Shown in pieces: positions 48,204-57,949 of a stretch of DNA of 64,000 nucleotides. Made by a program: the position numbers and the translations under genes. Source of the stretch: an uncultured delta proteobacterium (GTDB taxonomy: Bacteria > Desulfobacterota > SM23-61); NCBI GenBank assembly GCA_963712535.1, contig CAVQIK010000005.1, positions 15 to 64,014 of the forward strand, given 5' to 3'. Position 1 is the first letter of the stretch; each line of letters opens with the position of its first letter. The notes under the pieces are model-generated. The model ran no database searches and was not told the origin of the DNA. It worked only from the letters and a program-made list of their open reading frames with translations.

Positions 48204-49030
48204 TCAAGCATTTGCATAAGAACCCTCCTCATTCGGGGAATCGGCTTTAGACTCATTTCTTACTGAATTCTTACTATTGGGCAATCCTAACGAAAAAACC
48301 CCGCTCAATCTCTCCACTTCTGACCGTTGAAACTCAGGGCTTAAATGGGCATACTTTTGTGTCATGGTCAAAGAAGTATGGCCTATATGCTCCTGAACGG
48401 ATTTCAGTGAAGCTCCCCGCATGACCATATAGGAAGCGGAGGTATGTCTCAGGTCATGGAAGTGAAAATCTTTGATTCCTGCGTTCTTTAAAGCGGTCCT
48501 GAAGGACCTTTTAATATCCCTCAGGGGTTTACCATCCGGCCCGTTAATAATTCTTTCGCTTTCACCCCTTGGGATGGATTTCAAGAGTTGGATCATATCC
48601 GAATTGAGGAGCTTTACTCTTCTCCTGTTCCTCTTCTTTTGCTCGTTATAGAAAAGGACTCCCTTCTCCAGGTCCACATCGGCCCATTTCAGATTGAGAA
48701 TGTCGCCTCTTCTCAATCCGGTAAGCAGAGCAGTCATGACGATGTTTTTGAGATAGTACGGGTTCACTTTCTTAGGGGCATCTTCGGATTCCTGCTTCTT
48801 TGGTATCTCCTCCAGGACAGACATTAGCCTTTTGATCTCCTCTTCCGTAAGATACGTACCCTGTTTTCATCTTCCTTGAAAAGAATCGGCTCCCGGAATT
48901 TATCAAAGGGGTTCTTCTCCATCATTCCCCATTCGACGGCCTTGTTGAAAATATGCCGAAGGGTTTCCAGTTCACGGTTTACGGCAATCTCTGAACGCTC
49001 CTTCTTTGCCCTTGTAGATACTATGCTTGA
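48204..49030 (-). pseudogene. tyrosine recombinase/phage integrase, N-terminally truncated and frameshifted
   Basis: Catalytic region LLTGLRRGDIL...HDLRHTSASYMV...GHTSLTMTQKYAHL. The upstream SAM-like part (IAVNRELETLRHIFNKAVEWGMMEKNPF...DENRVR) is in another frame (shift near 48850-48860). It is preceded by TGA TAA, with no arm-binding domain. Confidence 0.8.
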
Positions 49031-49084
49031 TTATCAGCCTCCCGTATACTGTTCCCGTCAAAAACGAAAAGGGAGGGCCTAACC

Positions 49085-49297
49085 ATGGAGAGAAGGGGAA
49101 AAGCTGTAATTAGGGAAAAAGAAATTTTTGTGGGCATTGAGGTTCACAAGGAGAGTTGGCAGGTCAGTATTGTTCGGGAGGGGGAAGAAGTCTTTCATGG
49201 GAGAATTCCCAGCCGGTTTCCTGCATTGCGGAAAGTCCTGGATCGTTACCGGGGCAGCAGAATCAAGGTGGCCTATGAGGCCGGGCGCCAATGTTGA
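49085..49297 (+). mobile_element. IS110-family transposase N-terminal fragment
   Basis: IFVGIEVHKESWQVSIV...RIKVAYEAG matches the DEDD transposase N-terminal pattern (VGIDVHK...AYEAG). It stops after 70 aa. Confidence 0.55.
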
Positions 49298-49299
49298 TC

Positions 49300-49690
49300 G
49301 CGCCGAAGTCGGAGCCGATACATCCGCCTCCCGGTGAGCTTTTTCGTTGTACCATAAGTAGGTGAAAGCGTTAAAATACTGGCATGGGAGGAGATTTCCG
49401 GTAAAAGCAAGTACTTCCTCCCGTAATCGCCGGGTGACAGTTTTTGCAGGATGGTGTAGACTTTTGCCGGTAATCGAGGTTGGGTATGCTTTTCATTCCT
49501 GGAATTCTGAAGAAGTGCGGATAGTGGACGATCGCTATTCCACTTTGGGAATTCAAATTGTCCCAGCGGAAGGTCTCAAGGGAGCAGTGAAGAATGCCCT
49601 GGAGGGAACTGAAGAGCATTTCTTGCCGACTGACGAATCTTCTCACTGGGGGGCTTACGAGCGGAAGGGCGAAGAGACGTTCCATTCGGG
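49300..49690 (-). mobile_element. degenerate rve/DDE-type transposase C-terminal remnant
   Basis: Across broken frames the minus strand reads ...TGKS..TVTRRLREEVL...FNAFTYLWYNEKAHRE. This recalls the NGK.ER..RTLK.E / YN..RPH tail of IS3/IS481-type integrase cores. It is interrupted by stops. Confidence 0.3.
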
Positions 49691-49774
49691 ATTATCCATA
49701 GACTTGGAAGCCGGGGGTTTTCATTTCCTGAAGTTTTAGCGTTCTACTGAAAAACTATCCAAGGCAGCGGCACC

Positions 49775-50544
49775 ATGAATCCTACTATTGTCGGTATAAT
49801 CGTGTTCACATTGTACGTTCGGGGGCGTGCTGCTCGGAATGTGGTTGCGGAGCACCTTACCAGAACATCACCTCGACGCCGAGTCGAAAGACACCGTGAA
49901 GGTTGGCATCGGGCTCATCGCCACGATGACCGCGCTCGTTCTTGGCCTCGTCACTGCCTCCGCCAAGAGTTCCTATGATGCTGTGGACTCAGCGGTGAAA
50001 AAAACCGCCATTGACGTTCTTACTCTCGACCGCCTACTTGCTCGCTACGGGTCCGAGACCGGTGAGATTCGTAAGGGCTTGCAGCGCACGATTGGGGCCC
50101 GGATCGACATGATTTGGCCGCAGGGCTCATCCAAGCCCGCCAATCTGGATCCGATGGCGCTCAGGAGCAGGGGCGGAAGCTGAGAGACTCGCGGACGCAA
50201 TCCGCGCTCTAAAGCCGCGAGACGACTCCCAGCGGGCGCTCCAGTCCCGTGCGCTGGACCTCACCGAGGCGCTGTTGCAAGCCAGGTGGCTAGTGCTCGC
50301 CGGCACCGAGACATCAGTTCCTGTGCCGTTCCTTGTGATTCTCCTGTTCTGGCTCACGATCACATTCGCGAGCTTCGGGGTGTTTGCTCCGCGCAATGCC
50401 ACGGTCCTCACAGTCCTCTTCGTTTGTGCACTGTCTGTTAGTATCGCCGTATTTCTCGTATTAGAGATGGATGCGCCATTCGACGGCTTGCTCAAGGTCT
50501 CCGCAGATCCGCTGCGCTACGCATATGCGCATCTCAATCAGTAG
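49775..50544 (+). pseudogene. DUF4239-like membrane protein, at least 2 frame disruptions
   Basis: MNPTIVGIIVFT | LLGMWLRSTLPEHHLDAESKDTVKVGIGLIATMTALVLGLVTASAKSSYD... | AEAERLADAIRALKP...LVLEMDAPFDGLLKVS. Shifts lie near 49812-49826 and 50150-50165. It is noticeably GC-richer than its surroundings. Confidence 0.5.
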
Positions 50545-52004
50545 GTGCATCACGGTCGTCCACGTCCAGATTGCCCGCCCAACAACCGCTTGCATCTGAC
50601 TGCAAGAGCATTTCCCCCCTAAGTCACTCCGGCTTCGGGCAGCATGAGAAGCCCAGCTTCAGTCAAATGTTAATGCTCGCCTTCAAACCGTAATTCTCGC
50701 CCTCAATGAACATCCTCGGAGCAAGATTTCTAGGTGAACTAACCAAAAAAGAAATCAGATATTCAGACCGAAGAGCGGGGGAGTGTTAGAAATGGCTTGG
50801 CTCTGCTGCGCCCAACCCGAATCCCAGAACGGAGCAACGTATTTTCGCGGCGGGTAGATGAACCCCACACGACCCCCAAAGATCCTCCATTTAAATTCCT
50901 CCCGATACCATGGTGATGGGGCTGCGCCTAGGTGTTCGTCGGTATCTGACTGCCGGTGGACCGAACAGGATCTTCGTGTCCGGCCCCCGCCAACCCGATC
51001 CTACGGAGTCCGTGGCAGGGCAATTCGCCTTAAGGAATGGCTCGCCTTGAAGTTGTGGGGCTGCTGGTGACGTGAGTGTTCCGGCAAAGTGATCCTTTGT
51101 CGGGTTGAGATCGCATGAGGGACCGGAAACACTATGAATTGCGCCTCCGGCTTCATCGCTTCATTTAGGCAGGATGCCAGGGATTTTGTGGCCATGTTTC
51201 CTTTGAGCCTTATAACTAATAGGAATTCATCAGCTTCAGCAGAATTAGAAACATAGCGACCACAGTTAATGAATATCCAATTCTTCGGTCAAGGGCTTCA
51301 TCGGCCTCTGGATAATTTTCTTTTGAATCCTTCATTTCGTTTCTTTCGCAAAAGATTTGAGACCACATTCCTGCTTCTGCAAGTTCTCTCCCAAAGTTTC
51401 CACCTCCCCTATATCGGATGGTTTTCATTATAACTTAAAAGTACTGTTCGAATATATTTAGGGGTAACGTCGATAAGTAGGTGTTTTTATAAGCAATTAG
51501 GCAAAGACCGGGCGGCCCATTCCAAACCTCATCAGTTATTAATGTTTTCCCCGTTTGAGACGATAATAATAATCGCCCAATGATTAGGCACACACTTGGG
51601 GCCAAATCCTTCCTCTTCCATTTTCCAAGGCAGAAATTGCGTCTTCCCGGGAGTTCTCATTGGCGTTCCTCGATGACCCTGAGGCCGTCATAGAGCGGAA
51701 GATCGAATGACCTTTCATCTCACCTTAACCATTCGCGAAAAAGCCTTGGAGAAATTCGGAATTAGGCAAACCTCTTTTGAGAGGGTGAAGTTTATTTCAT
51801 TTCCTATTGGGCTTCTCGTCACCATTCAGGGAGTAGAGGGTCAGAATGTCAAAGGGCTTGCGAGAATGGTTTTCGCGAATCAATTTTTTGAAAAGGGATC
51901 ATTGCCAGCCTCGGCCCACCCAATAGAATTCCCAAGAAGGGTAAGCCTTGTTACCCCATCTGGAGGTACATAAATCCCCAGACATTAGAATTCGAAGATG
52001 CATT

Positions 52005-52382
52005 TCACCAATAGGTGATCAGGAGCACTTGGTAAATGACTACCAAGAAATAGATGGAGCCAGCTGTCATGATTACAGTCTCGACTCGCTTAAATTTGCT
52101 GTGGATACAGAGAAGTACAAGGGAAACGGAAACAATACAGAATTTCCAAATCCAGAATTTTGCCCCAAAAGCTTCAATTGCCGATCCGACGATGGGATTG
52201 AGTTCGTTACCTTCGTAATCCAGGACAACCATTGTTAAAATTGCATCCGAAATGTTTAAAACCAGAAATGTGACCAGGATGGCGAATAAGCTTAGGCTGT
52301 ACCGGTCTACATAGCCCCCTTTCTGCTGATCAGCTTTTCTTCGAAATCCTTCCCTTCGCCCAAAGAAAGTATACCGGCTCAA
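52005..52382 (-). CDS. small membrane protein (DUF5658-like) with Arg-rich N-terminus
   Basis: MSRYTFFGRREGFRRKADQQKGGYVDRY, then 3-4 TM segments with the motif DAILTMVVLDYEGNELNPIV. The family call is tentative. Confidence 0.45.
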   Translation of the reverse strand: MSRYTFFGRREGFRRKADQQKGGYVDRYSLSLFAILVTFLVLNISDAILTMVVLDYEGNELNPIVGSAIEAFGAKFWIWKFCIVSVSLVLLCIHSKFKRVETVIMTAGSIYFLVVIYQVLLITYW

Positions 52383-52503
52383 ACCTGTGGGGTAGGTTTT
52401 TTTCGCCTGTCTTCGAGGATTCGTCTATCAGAATCCTTCACTTTGCCATCCTCTTGGAGAATTATCCTGGTCCTTAACAAAGTGTGGAAGAATGGAGGTT
52501 TTT

Positions 52504-52830
52504 TTAATCCTTGCTTGACCTTCTGGTTATATTTTCCGTTTCCCTATTCTTCGTCTGTCTGCGACGCCCAGCTGCCTGCCGCTTTTGCAATAGAGCCTCA
52601 AGTCCAGTGAAGTAATCATCCAGGCAGTCCATTGCCTCCATAATAGTCATGTTCGGGTTCCATCTCCACTTGCAAAAGTATGACTTAACGCAGCCGGTCT
52701 TCGCTAACCCGGTCCAAAGTTCAAGGATGAGGGCATAGTCATATTTTCTCGTCAACTGATTTATCTTCTCTTTCAGGGCCGCATCAAACATTTTCTGAAT
52801 AATTCGGCCTCTTTCGGGACTCAATTCCAT
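52504..52830 (-). CDS. hypothetical protein
   Basis: 108-aa ORF co-oriented with its neighbours, with a basic C-terminal tail. No family recognised. Confidence 0.4.
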   Translation of the reverse strand: MELSPERGRIIQKMFDAALKEKINQLTRKYDYALILELWTGLAKTGCVKSYFCKWRWNPNMTIMEAMDCLDDYFTGLEALLQKRQAAGRRRQTKNRETENITRRSSKD

Positions 52831-52924
52831 AATCCCTGTAATTCCTTTACTTTATCTTCCCCATCAAACTAATCGCAAAACCGCATCTCGCTAGCTGGGG
52901 GTTGAATTATTTAACCGAGCGTGG

Positions 52925-53578
52925 TTAGCTCTCTTTATTTGCCAAGATCTTCTTTTTGTTTTTGGTTACCGCCTGGGTATATCCGGGTTCTCCTCCCGAA
53001 TACCGCTGAAGATATTGTGCGGGGAACTGCCATCTGTACATGGCTAGGATCTCAGCCCCCTTTTTAATGTTTTCCTCACCGTCGAAATAATCTTCCATTT
53101 TCCATGTTGGTTTATGTATTTGCATAAGGCCACAAGCGTCTTTGCGGCTAACTGCTTGAGGGTTAAATTCCGACTCAGTCATGATTACACCCGCAACCTC
53201 ATTAGGGTCCAGTTTATGGGTGAGAGCCCATTTAGTAATCAGAAACGCATAGATAAAGGCTTTCTCGGGGTTCTGATAGGCCACCTTACTTATAGACTTT
53301 CGAAGGGAATCGACCTCTTCAAAGGATTTTTCCATGGCAGGCAGGCTCATAGCCAGGAGTCTCACATTGTGAGCAATAAAGGCACGGGAATTTGTTCCAT
53401 CCGCCAGAAAGGTGGCGGTAGTAAAAGGACTGAGCAGGGCGAAGAGAACGACACAGATCCTGAACCGCGGGACAAAGTTCAGAAGCACGACTTGCAGCCA
53501 TTCTTTCTTACTATGGCCCCACAGATAATTCTGGAGAACCTTCTCCGGGCTCAGACCACTTAGTTTACGGTAATTCAT
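52925..53578 (-). CDS. lytic transglycosylase (SLT domain) with N-terminal membrane anchor
   Basis: Catalytic motif VIMTESEFNPQAVSRKDACGLMQI, followed by GAEILAMY. Confidence 0.75.
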   Translation of the reverse strand: MNYRKLSGLSPEKVLQNYLWGHSKKEWLQVVLLNFVPRFRICVVLFALLSPFTTATFLADGTNSRAFIAHNVRLLAMSLPAMEKSFEEVDSLRKSISKVAYQNPEKAFIYAFLITKWALTHKLDPNEVAGVIMTESEFNPQAVSRKDACGLMQIHKPTWKMEDYFDGEENIKKGAEILAMYRWQFPAQYLQRYSGGEPGYTQAVTKNKKKILANKES

Positions 53579-53713
53579 ACGTTATCCTCCCCCATCTACT
53601 AGGTTCTCTGACGTTGCAGTATTAATGGAAGTACCTTTTCAACCTCCTTGGAAACAATCTAAATTAGGCAACTGATGGTCTCCCTATATAAAAGGACCGA
53701 ATACTTTCTGTTT

Positions 53714-53953
53714 TCACCGTGCAGTCCCCTTTCGGAGGTCGGTGTCGGTTAAAGCCTTTTGCTCCTGAGAATCCATATTTAGGCAGTTGTATCTACTGTT
53801 TTCGCCGTTTACTCTTCCGATCCACTGTTCTAAGGGCCACAAATGCTTATAACCGCATGACGGGCAAAAGCCCGCCGAGTTTGTGACCACTTCGCAGTTT
53901 AAACATAAATATGCATCTTCCAAACTGATTTTTGCTGCTGATTGAATCACCAT
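53714..53953 (-). CDS. small zinc-ribbon protein, paralog of 26024..26299
   Basis: CLNCEVVTNSAGFCPSCG, followed by LWPLEQWIGRV. See the alignment note for 26024..26299. Confidence 0.55.
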   Translation of the reverse strand: MVIQSAAKISLEDAYLCLNCEVVTNSAGFCPSCGYKHLWPLEQWIGRVNGENSRYNCLNMDSQEQKALTDTDLRKGTAR

Positions 53954-54677
53954 ATCGCCCCTCCTCCTTATCTTATCCCCGGCATTTAAACTAGCTTCAT
54001 GTCATAAGCACGTGTAGCCTTGCCTTTCGGTTAAATTGTACGGGCGAAATTCATGCCAACCTTTACACAGTGTATACCCAATCATTTTCCTCGACGAAAT
54101 CAACTATGTTATGCCGATAAACGTTTTGAAAGATATCTCCTGCCCATTCAGTTATGGTATATTTCCCCCCTACAGAATGGAATTCATTCCATAACTTCAT
54201 TTCCTGCCTTTTCAATTCCCTCTCCGCGACCATCTTCCAGGCACGATCCCAGCTCTTTTGAATTATTGCGCATTTTAAGGAAAAGCCGAACTTTCCGAGG
54301 TTGGCATTTATTTCGCTTATCCACTGTCAAGTAAGTGAGAATAAGGGGATCGAGTATTGTTGGGAGTATGTAGCGGTTGCCAAAATGGGAAAAAGTAAAG
54401 TGATCAATGATTTTATTAATAAGGGTAGCGGGTTCTTTGTGAAGAATCGTTCCGATGAGGATCTCGTCGATCTGATTAAGAGGGTACTGGAAACAGATAT
54501 CAATCTAGATTTTCTTTTAGAATTGAAGAGAACCGAGCTTGAAACCTTAGCGGCTTGTATAAGAGATAAAATATGGCACGAGGAAAAATAAGCGGAGTTT
54601 TTAGTTTCAAAATAAAATGACTATCCTTGCAAGCTGCCTTTGGGTAAATGTCGGTATATAAATATCTGGAGAACAGC

Positions 54678-54860
54678 ATGTTAACACGCCGGGAGATATT
54701 GGCGCAATTGAGGAGAGTGGGGTTGAGGAAGCTTTCGGAACTCAAGCAGAATTGTCGAGAATTTGAACAATATATGTTAATCAATTATGAGTTTGAAATT
54801 ACGAAACGCGGAGGAAATCCCCAAGGGAGCCGTTTAAGGAGTCCAATTCAACGGGGATAA
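54678..54860 (+). CDS. hypothetical small protein
   Basis: The internal ATG (MLTRREILAQLRRVGL...) follows GGAGAA. 60 aa. No family recognised. Confidence 0.3.
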   Translation: MLTRREILAQLRRVGLRKLSELKQNCREFEQYMLINYEFEITKRGGNPQGSRLRSPIQRG

Positions 54861-55226
54861 CATGAATTATTTTTGAACTTTAGGTACATATCTATGGCAT
54901 GGAAAGAACAAAATATAATGTTAGAAGAGAATGGGTTGGACCGTCATATTCATCTGCATATCCATGAAATTATTCCTGGCCGTTGGCTAGTGCCCAAGGC
55001 TAGGAAGGGTGCAAGTATCTGTTTGAAGGTCTTTTGCGGCGTAGTCCTCACTATGAGCATTATTGGGGTCTTGTGGGCTCGGTGGTAAGGCTCACGGCAT
55101 CAGACTGCAGATTAGGAAGAAGATAACTGGGAGATCTAAGCCGGGAACCGACCGCAAGTTTTCTCGAAGCAGGGCGGGAAACAAAAGGCAAATTCTAAAA
55201 ATTCCAGATTTGGGGGACTGATAAAA

Positions 55227-55601
55227 ATGAACAGAACCGAGTTAGCAGTGGAATTTGGTGTATGGCCGTGGATCGTCAACGATTGGCTCCTTTGGGGGTG
55301 TCCGGCGGAAAAAGTTGGAAGGAATTGGGAATTTGATCTTGAGAAGGTGAAAGTCTGGCTGCAAACCGAGAAAATAAAAATAAAAAGGATAACCCCAAGA
55401 CGTTCTACAAGGCCTACTTTTGACCAACGTTGGTTCACTGAACGTTGCCCGATATGTATTGACCGAGGCTTTCCCGAGGGAAAAGCCGGAATGGTTTACA
55501 CTTTGGGGGAGGTATCTGAAGGTGAATGGCATCTTAGGAGAACTGGAATTCCATGCGGGCATTCAGCATACGTTCCCATAGAACGGATACACGCAAAATA
55601 G
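55227..55601 (+). CDS. phage-type DNA-binding protein (Nu1/terminase-small-subunit-like HTH) with C-terminal Cys/His cluster
   Basis: MNRTELAVEFGVWPWIVNDWLLWGCPAEKVGRNWEFDLEKVKVWL resembles the Nu1-type winged HTH. CPIC...CGH lies in the C-terminal half. Confidence 0.4.
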   Translation: MNRTELAVEFGVWPWIVNDWLLWGCPAEKVGRNWEFDLEKVKVWLQTEKIKIKRITPRRSTRPTFDQRWFTERCPICIDRGFPEGKAGMVYTLGEVSEGEWHLRRTGIPCGHSAYVPIERIHAK

Positions 55602-55603
55602 AT

Positions 55604-55855
55604 ATGCCCAGAAAGTCAAAGAGGAGCTCAGAAGTGACCGGGGATAGAAAAAGAACCCCGGAAGTTCTTGCTGCGACTCCCGAAGTGAGAAAAGACAAAA
55701 TAGATATGCTCAAGAAAGCAATAGCGGATGGCACCTATGTAATTAAAGGTAACGATATTGCCAATAAAATTCTCAGAGACTTGCTCCTTGAGCGCGCCCT
55801 AAAACCAGCCTGCGGCGGATATGCGGAGAAGGAAAACAAATCCTTCGAAAGATAA
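55604..55855 (+). CDS. FlgM-like anti-sigma factor domain protein
   Basis: Start at MPRKSKRSSE, 2 nt after the upstream stop. The C-terminal VRKDKIDMLKKAIADGTYVIKGNDIANKILRDLL matches the FlgM pattern (R..KV..LK.AI..G.Y.VD...IA.K). Confidence 0.45.
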   Translation: MPRKSKRSSEVTGDRKRTPEVLAATPEVRKDKIDMLKKAIADGTYVIKGNDIANKILRDLLLERALKPACGGYAEKENKSFER

Positions 55856-56326
55856 TTGTTTGAACTGCATCGATTTTAAGGTTTTAAGGATAACCATCGG
55901 GGGAACGCATCTTGGGCAAGAATTCTCAAATACAGATGTTTTGAAGCGGCAATGGGGCAGAAGCTTTCTCAGTTGGCAAGACAATACAGTGATGAGGTTT
56001 TTATCAAAACTTGGGACGAAATAAAGAGGGCGGGTGGCATGAGGCAATTTTAAGCAACGGCGAATGGAGACTGAAATAACCATAGCGGAAGCACTTGCGT
56101 GCCTGGACGACTCTTGCGATTTTATAGAAGCTATGATTAGAAGGCATCTGAAAATAGAAAACGGGAAATTATCTCCCTGCCTTCTTTAATGAAAACTCAT
56201 GATACTTAGAAATAACAATAGAAATGTTTTTCGGTTATGAGCCATTTGGTGGCGGCTTCCTTAAATGAATCGTAATCAAGAAGACAGGGAAAAAGGAGGC
56301 CTTTAATACGGCGGAGGGAACTACGA

Positions 56327-56650
56327 ATGATTATCAAATGCAGCTTTTTAATCTCTCAAGAAAGCGGTATGGATGGGCGCCATGAGTTTGCGAACATACC
56401 GCCTTTGCCCGAGTATATTATCAAAAAGGGCCCTTATGTCAATAATAACAAAGGAGCCTCTCGCCAAATAATCATTGTGTACCAGTTTGATAAAGCAAAT
56501 TTCGCAGTAGCATGGGAATGTATCTCCAAACAATTGGATTGCTTCCGGGGTTTTCCGGGGTTCACTCTTTCTGCCCACATATATGACCCGCGTCCACGCC
56601 ACCTCTCGCTGGATAAAGAAAGGACATTTACGGAGTTGCTGAGGTATTAG
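56327..56650 (+). CDS. hypothetical protein
   Basis: 107-aa ORF with no family recognised. The antisense ORF 56348..56695 is an equally long alternative. Confidence 0.3.
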   Translation: MIIKCSFLISQESGMDGRHEFANIPPLPEYIIKKGPYVNNNKGASRQIIIVYQFDKANFAVAWECISKQLDCFRGFPGFTLSAHIYDPRPRHLSLDKERTFTELLRY

Positions 56651-56654
56651 CGAA

Positions 56655-57045
56655 GTGAAAAACACGATGCTGCAGTCGAGATGGAAACCTTTCATCTTGT
56701 CTATCCTTTTTTTCGCTGTGGCGTTTACTGTCGGGACCTTTCTTCACTGGCCAACGGCGGATGCTGCAGGCGGGTGGATTATTTTTGTGAAGTTGGGGGC
56801 AGTATTTGGCTTAATTGGCGCTATCTATGGAGCCATTTACGCTTTTGATATCCGGTTCGATTCCGCCAATATGGATCGACCTGTTCTGCCGTACCGTGGT
56901 ATGTGCCGGATTAGGAGGCCTCCTGGTATTCTCTTTACAGATCCCCAGTCTTACGAGAGTTTTTGAGCCCATTGTAGTAGGTGCCAGCGTTTCCGGGTTT
57001 CTGGGTTGGCTGGGTTGGAGATGGGCAAAGCATGTGGATTTTTAA
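56655..57045 (+). pseudogene. small membrane protein, frame disrupted near 56850
   Basis: Hydrophobic N-terminal frame (FILSILFFAVAFTVGTF...GLIGAIYGAIYAFDI) continues in a second frame (GSIPPIWIDLFCRTVVCAGLGGLLVFSL...GFLGWLGWRWAK). Confidence 0.35.
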
Positions 57046-57249
57046 AATTATCAACTAACACAGCTTGACCCGGAGCTGGTGGGGGCGGCAGGAAGAATCT
57101 TCAAAGCCGGTTGTCATATACACGTTCTTCTCGCTTTCAAGCGGAAATGTTGCAACCTTGAATTCAAAAGTTTTCATTTTGGAGGGCCACTGGCGGGATT
57201 CGGGGCGGGATAGTGAAAGCGGACTTCAAAATGTGCGGGCATTTCATAA

Positions 57250-57734
57250 TATCCGCATTTCGACCACCTCAAGGGCCTAGAGGAATTCATGAAGAGCGCG
57301 GCGGATTTGACCAGACAGATCCTCGGATTCGCCAGATCTGGGAAATATGAGGTGAAAACAACCGGCATAAACCGGCTTGTGAACAGAAGCTCCGAGATGT
57401 TCGGCCGTACCAAGAAGGAGATTACGATTCATAAACACTTTCAGGACGAGATTTGGCTTGCGGATGTCGATAGAGGGCAGATCGAACAGGTGCTTCTAAA
57501 CCTCTACATCAATGCCTGGCAGGCCATGCCAAGCGGCGGAAACCTCTATATGCGACTGAAAATGTCATCCTCGATGAAGAATTCGCCAAACCGCACGGTA
57601 TTCCGTCTGGCAGGTGCGTGAAGATTTCGGTGATGGATACCTGAATCGGCATGGATGAAAACGCCCGACAACGGGTGTTTGAACCATTTTTTACCACCAA
57701 GGAAAGGCGGAAGTCGCCGCGAGCCGCAGAATGA
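57250..57734 (+). pseudogene. histidine kinase remnant (C-terminal half of the DHp linker plus partial HATPase_c)
   Basis: FMKSAADLTRQILGFARSGKYEVK...GQIEQVLLNLYINAWQAMPSGGNLYM, a frameshift near 57555-57562, then ENVILDEEFAKPHGIPSGRCVKISVMDT-TGA-IGMDENARQRVFEPFFTTKE. The in-frame TGA at 57642-57644 sits where the G of the DTG.GM G1 box is expected. No H-box lies upstream and no G2 box downstream. Confidence 0.6.
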
Positions 57735-57837
57735 GGGGAATTCTGTTCAGTTCATTTCCGATCCTCACCAACGATATACGAAAAAATTTCCACCGCCTGA
57801 AAAATTTTCTTGTCCCGGAAAGCGGATTGGTGTATTC

Positions 57838-57857
57838 AGGTTAAATCCTCCCGCTCG
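57838..57857. repeat. degenerate direct repeat of the tRNA-Pro 3' segment (candidate distal att site)
   Basis: AGGTTAAATCCTCCCGCTCG against tRNA positions 48162-48181 AGGTTCAAATCCTCTCGCCC. By hand alignment this gives 17 identities, 2 mismatches and one 1-nt gap. Confidence 0.3.
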
Positions 57858-57949
57858 TTTGCCCTACTCATGACAAAAAAATGGTTTCGGTGACATTCCC
57901 CATTGAAAAACAGGGATCAATTGAGGATAATAGCGTCCTAGGAGGAAGG

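Larger units (their letters stand above)
48188..57857. mobile_element. decayed integrative island at tRNA-Pro (candidate boundaries)
   Basis: The integrase lies directly beside the tRNA 3' end, and IS remnants follow. Composition is visibly more AT-rich from about 51 to 57 kb. Many genes are small, unknown or broken. A degenerate copy of the tRNA T-arm/acceptor segment lies at 57838-57857. Confidence 0.45.

Noticed and set aside
50545-51215. Possible outer-membrane protein or other gene fragments (for example a minus-strand ...GRVGFIYPPRKYVAPFWDSGWAQQSQ stretch)
   Set aside because: Only short stretches are readable, there is no start or stop context and no recognisable family. It is probably debris, with too little support to call.
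54053-54334. 93-aa plus-strand ORF, and a competing minus-strand reading (...MVAERELKRQEMKLWNEFHSVGGKYTITEWAGDIFQNVYRHNIVDFVEENDWVYTV)
   Set aside because: The minus-strand reading looks more protein-like, but it has no upstream start other than an internal Met, and no SD. Neither reading could be supported well enough to list as a feature.
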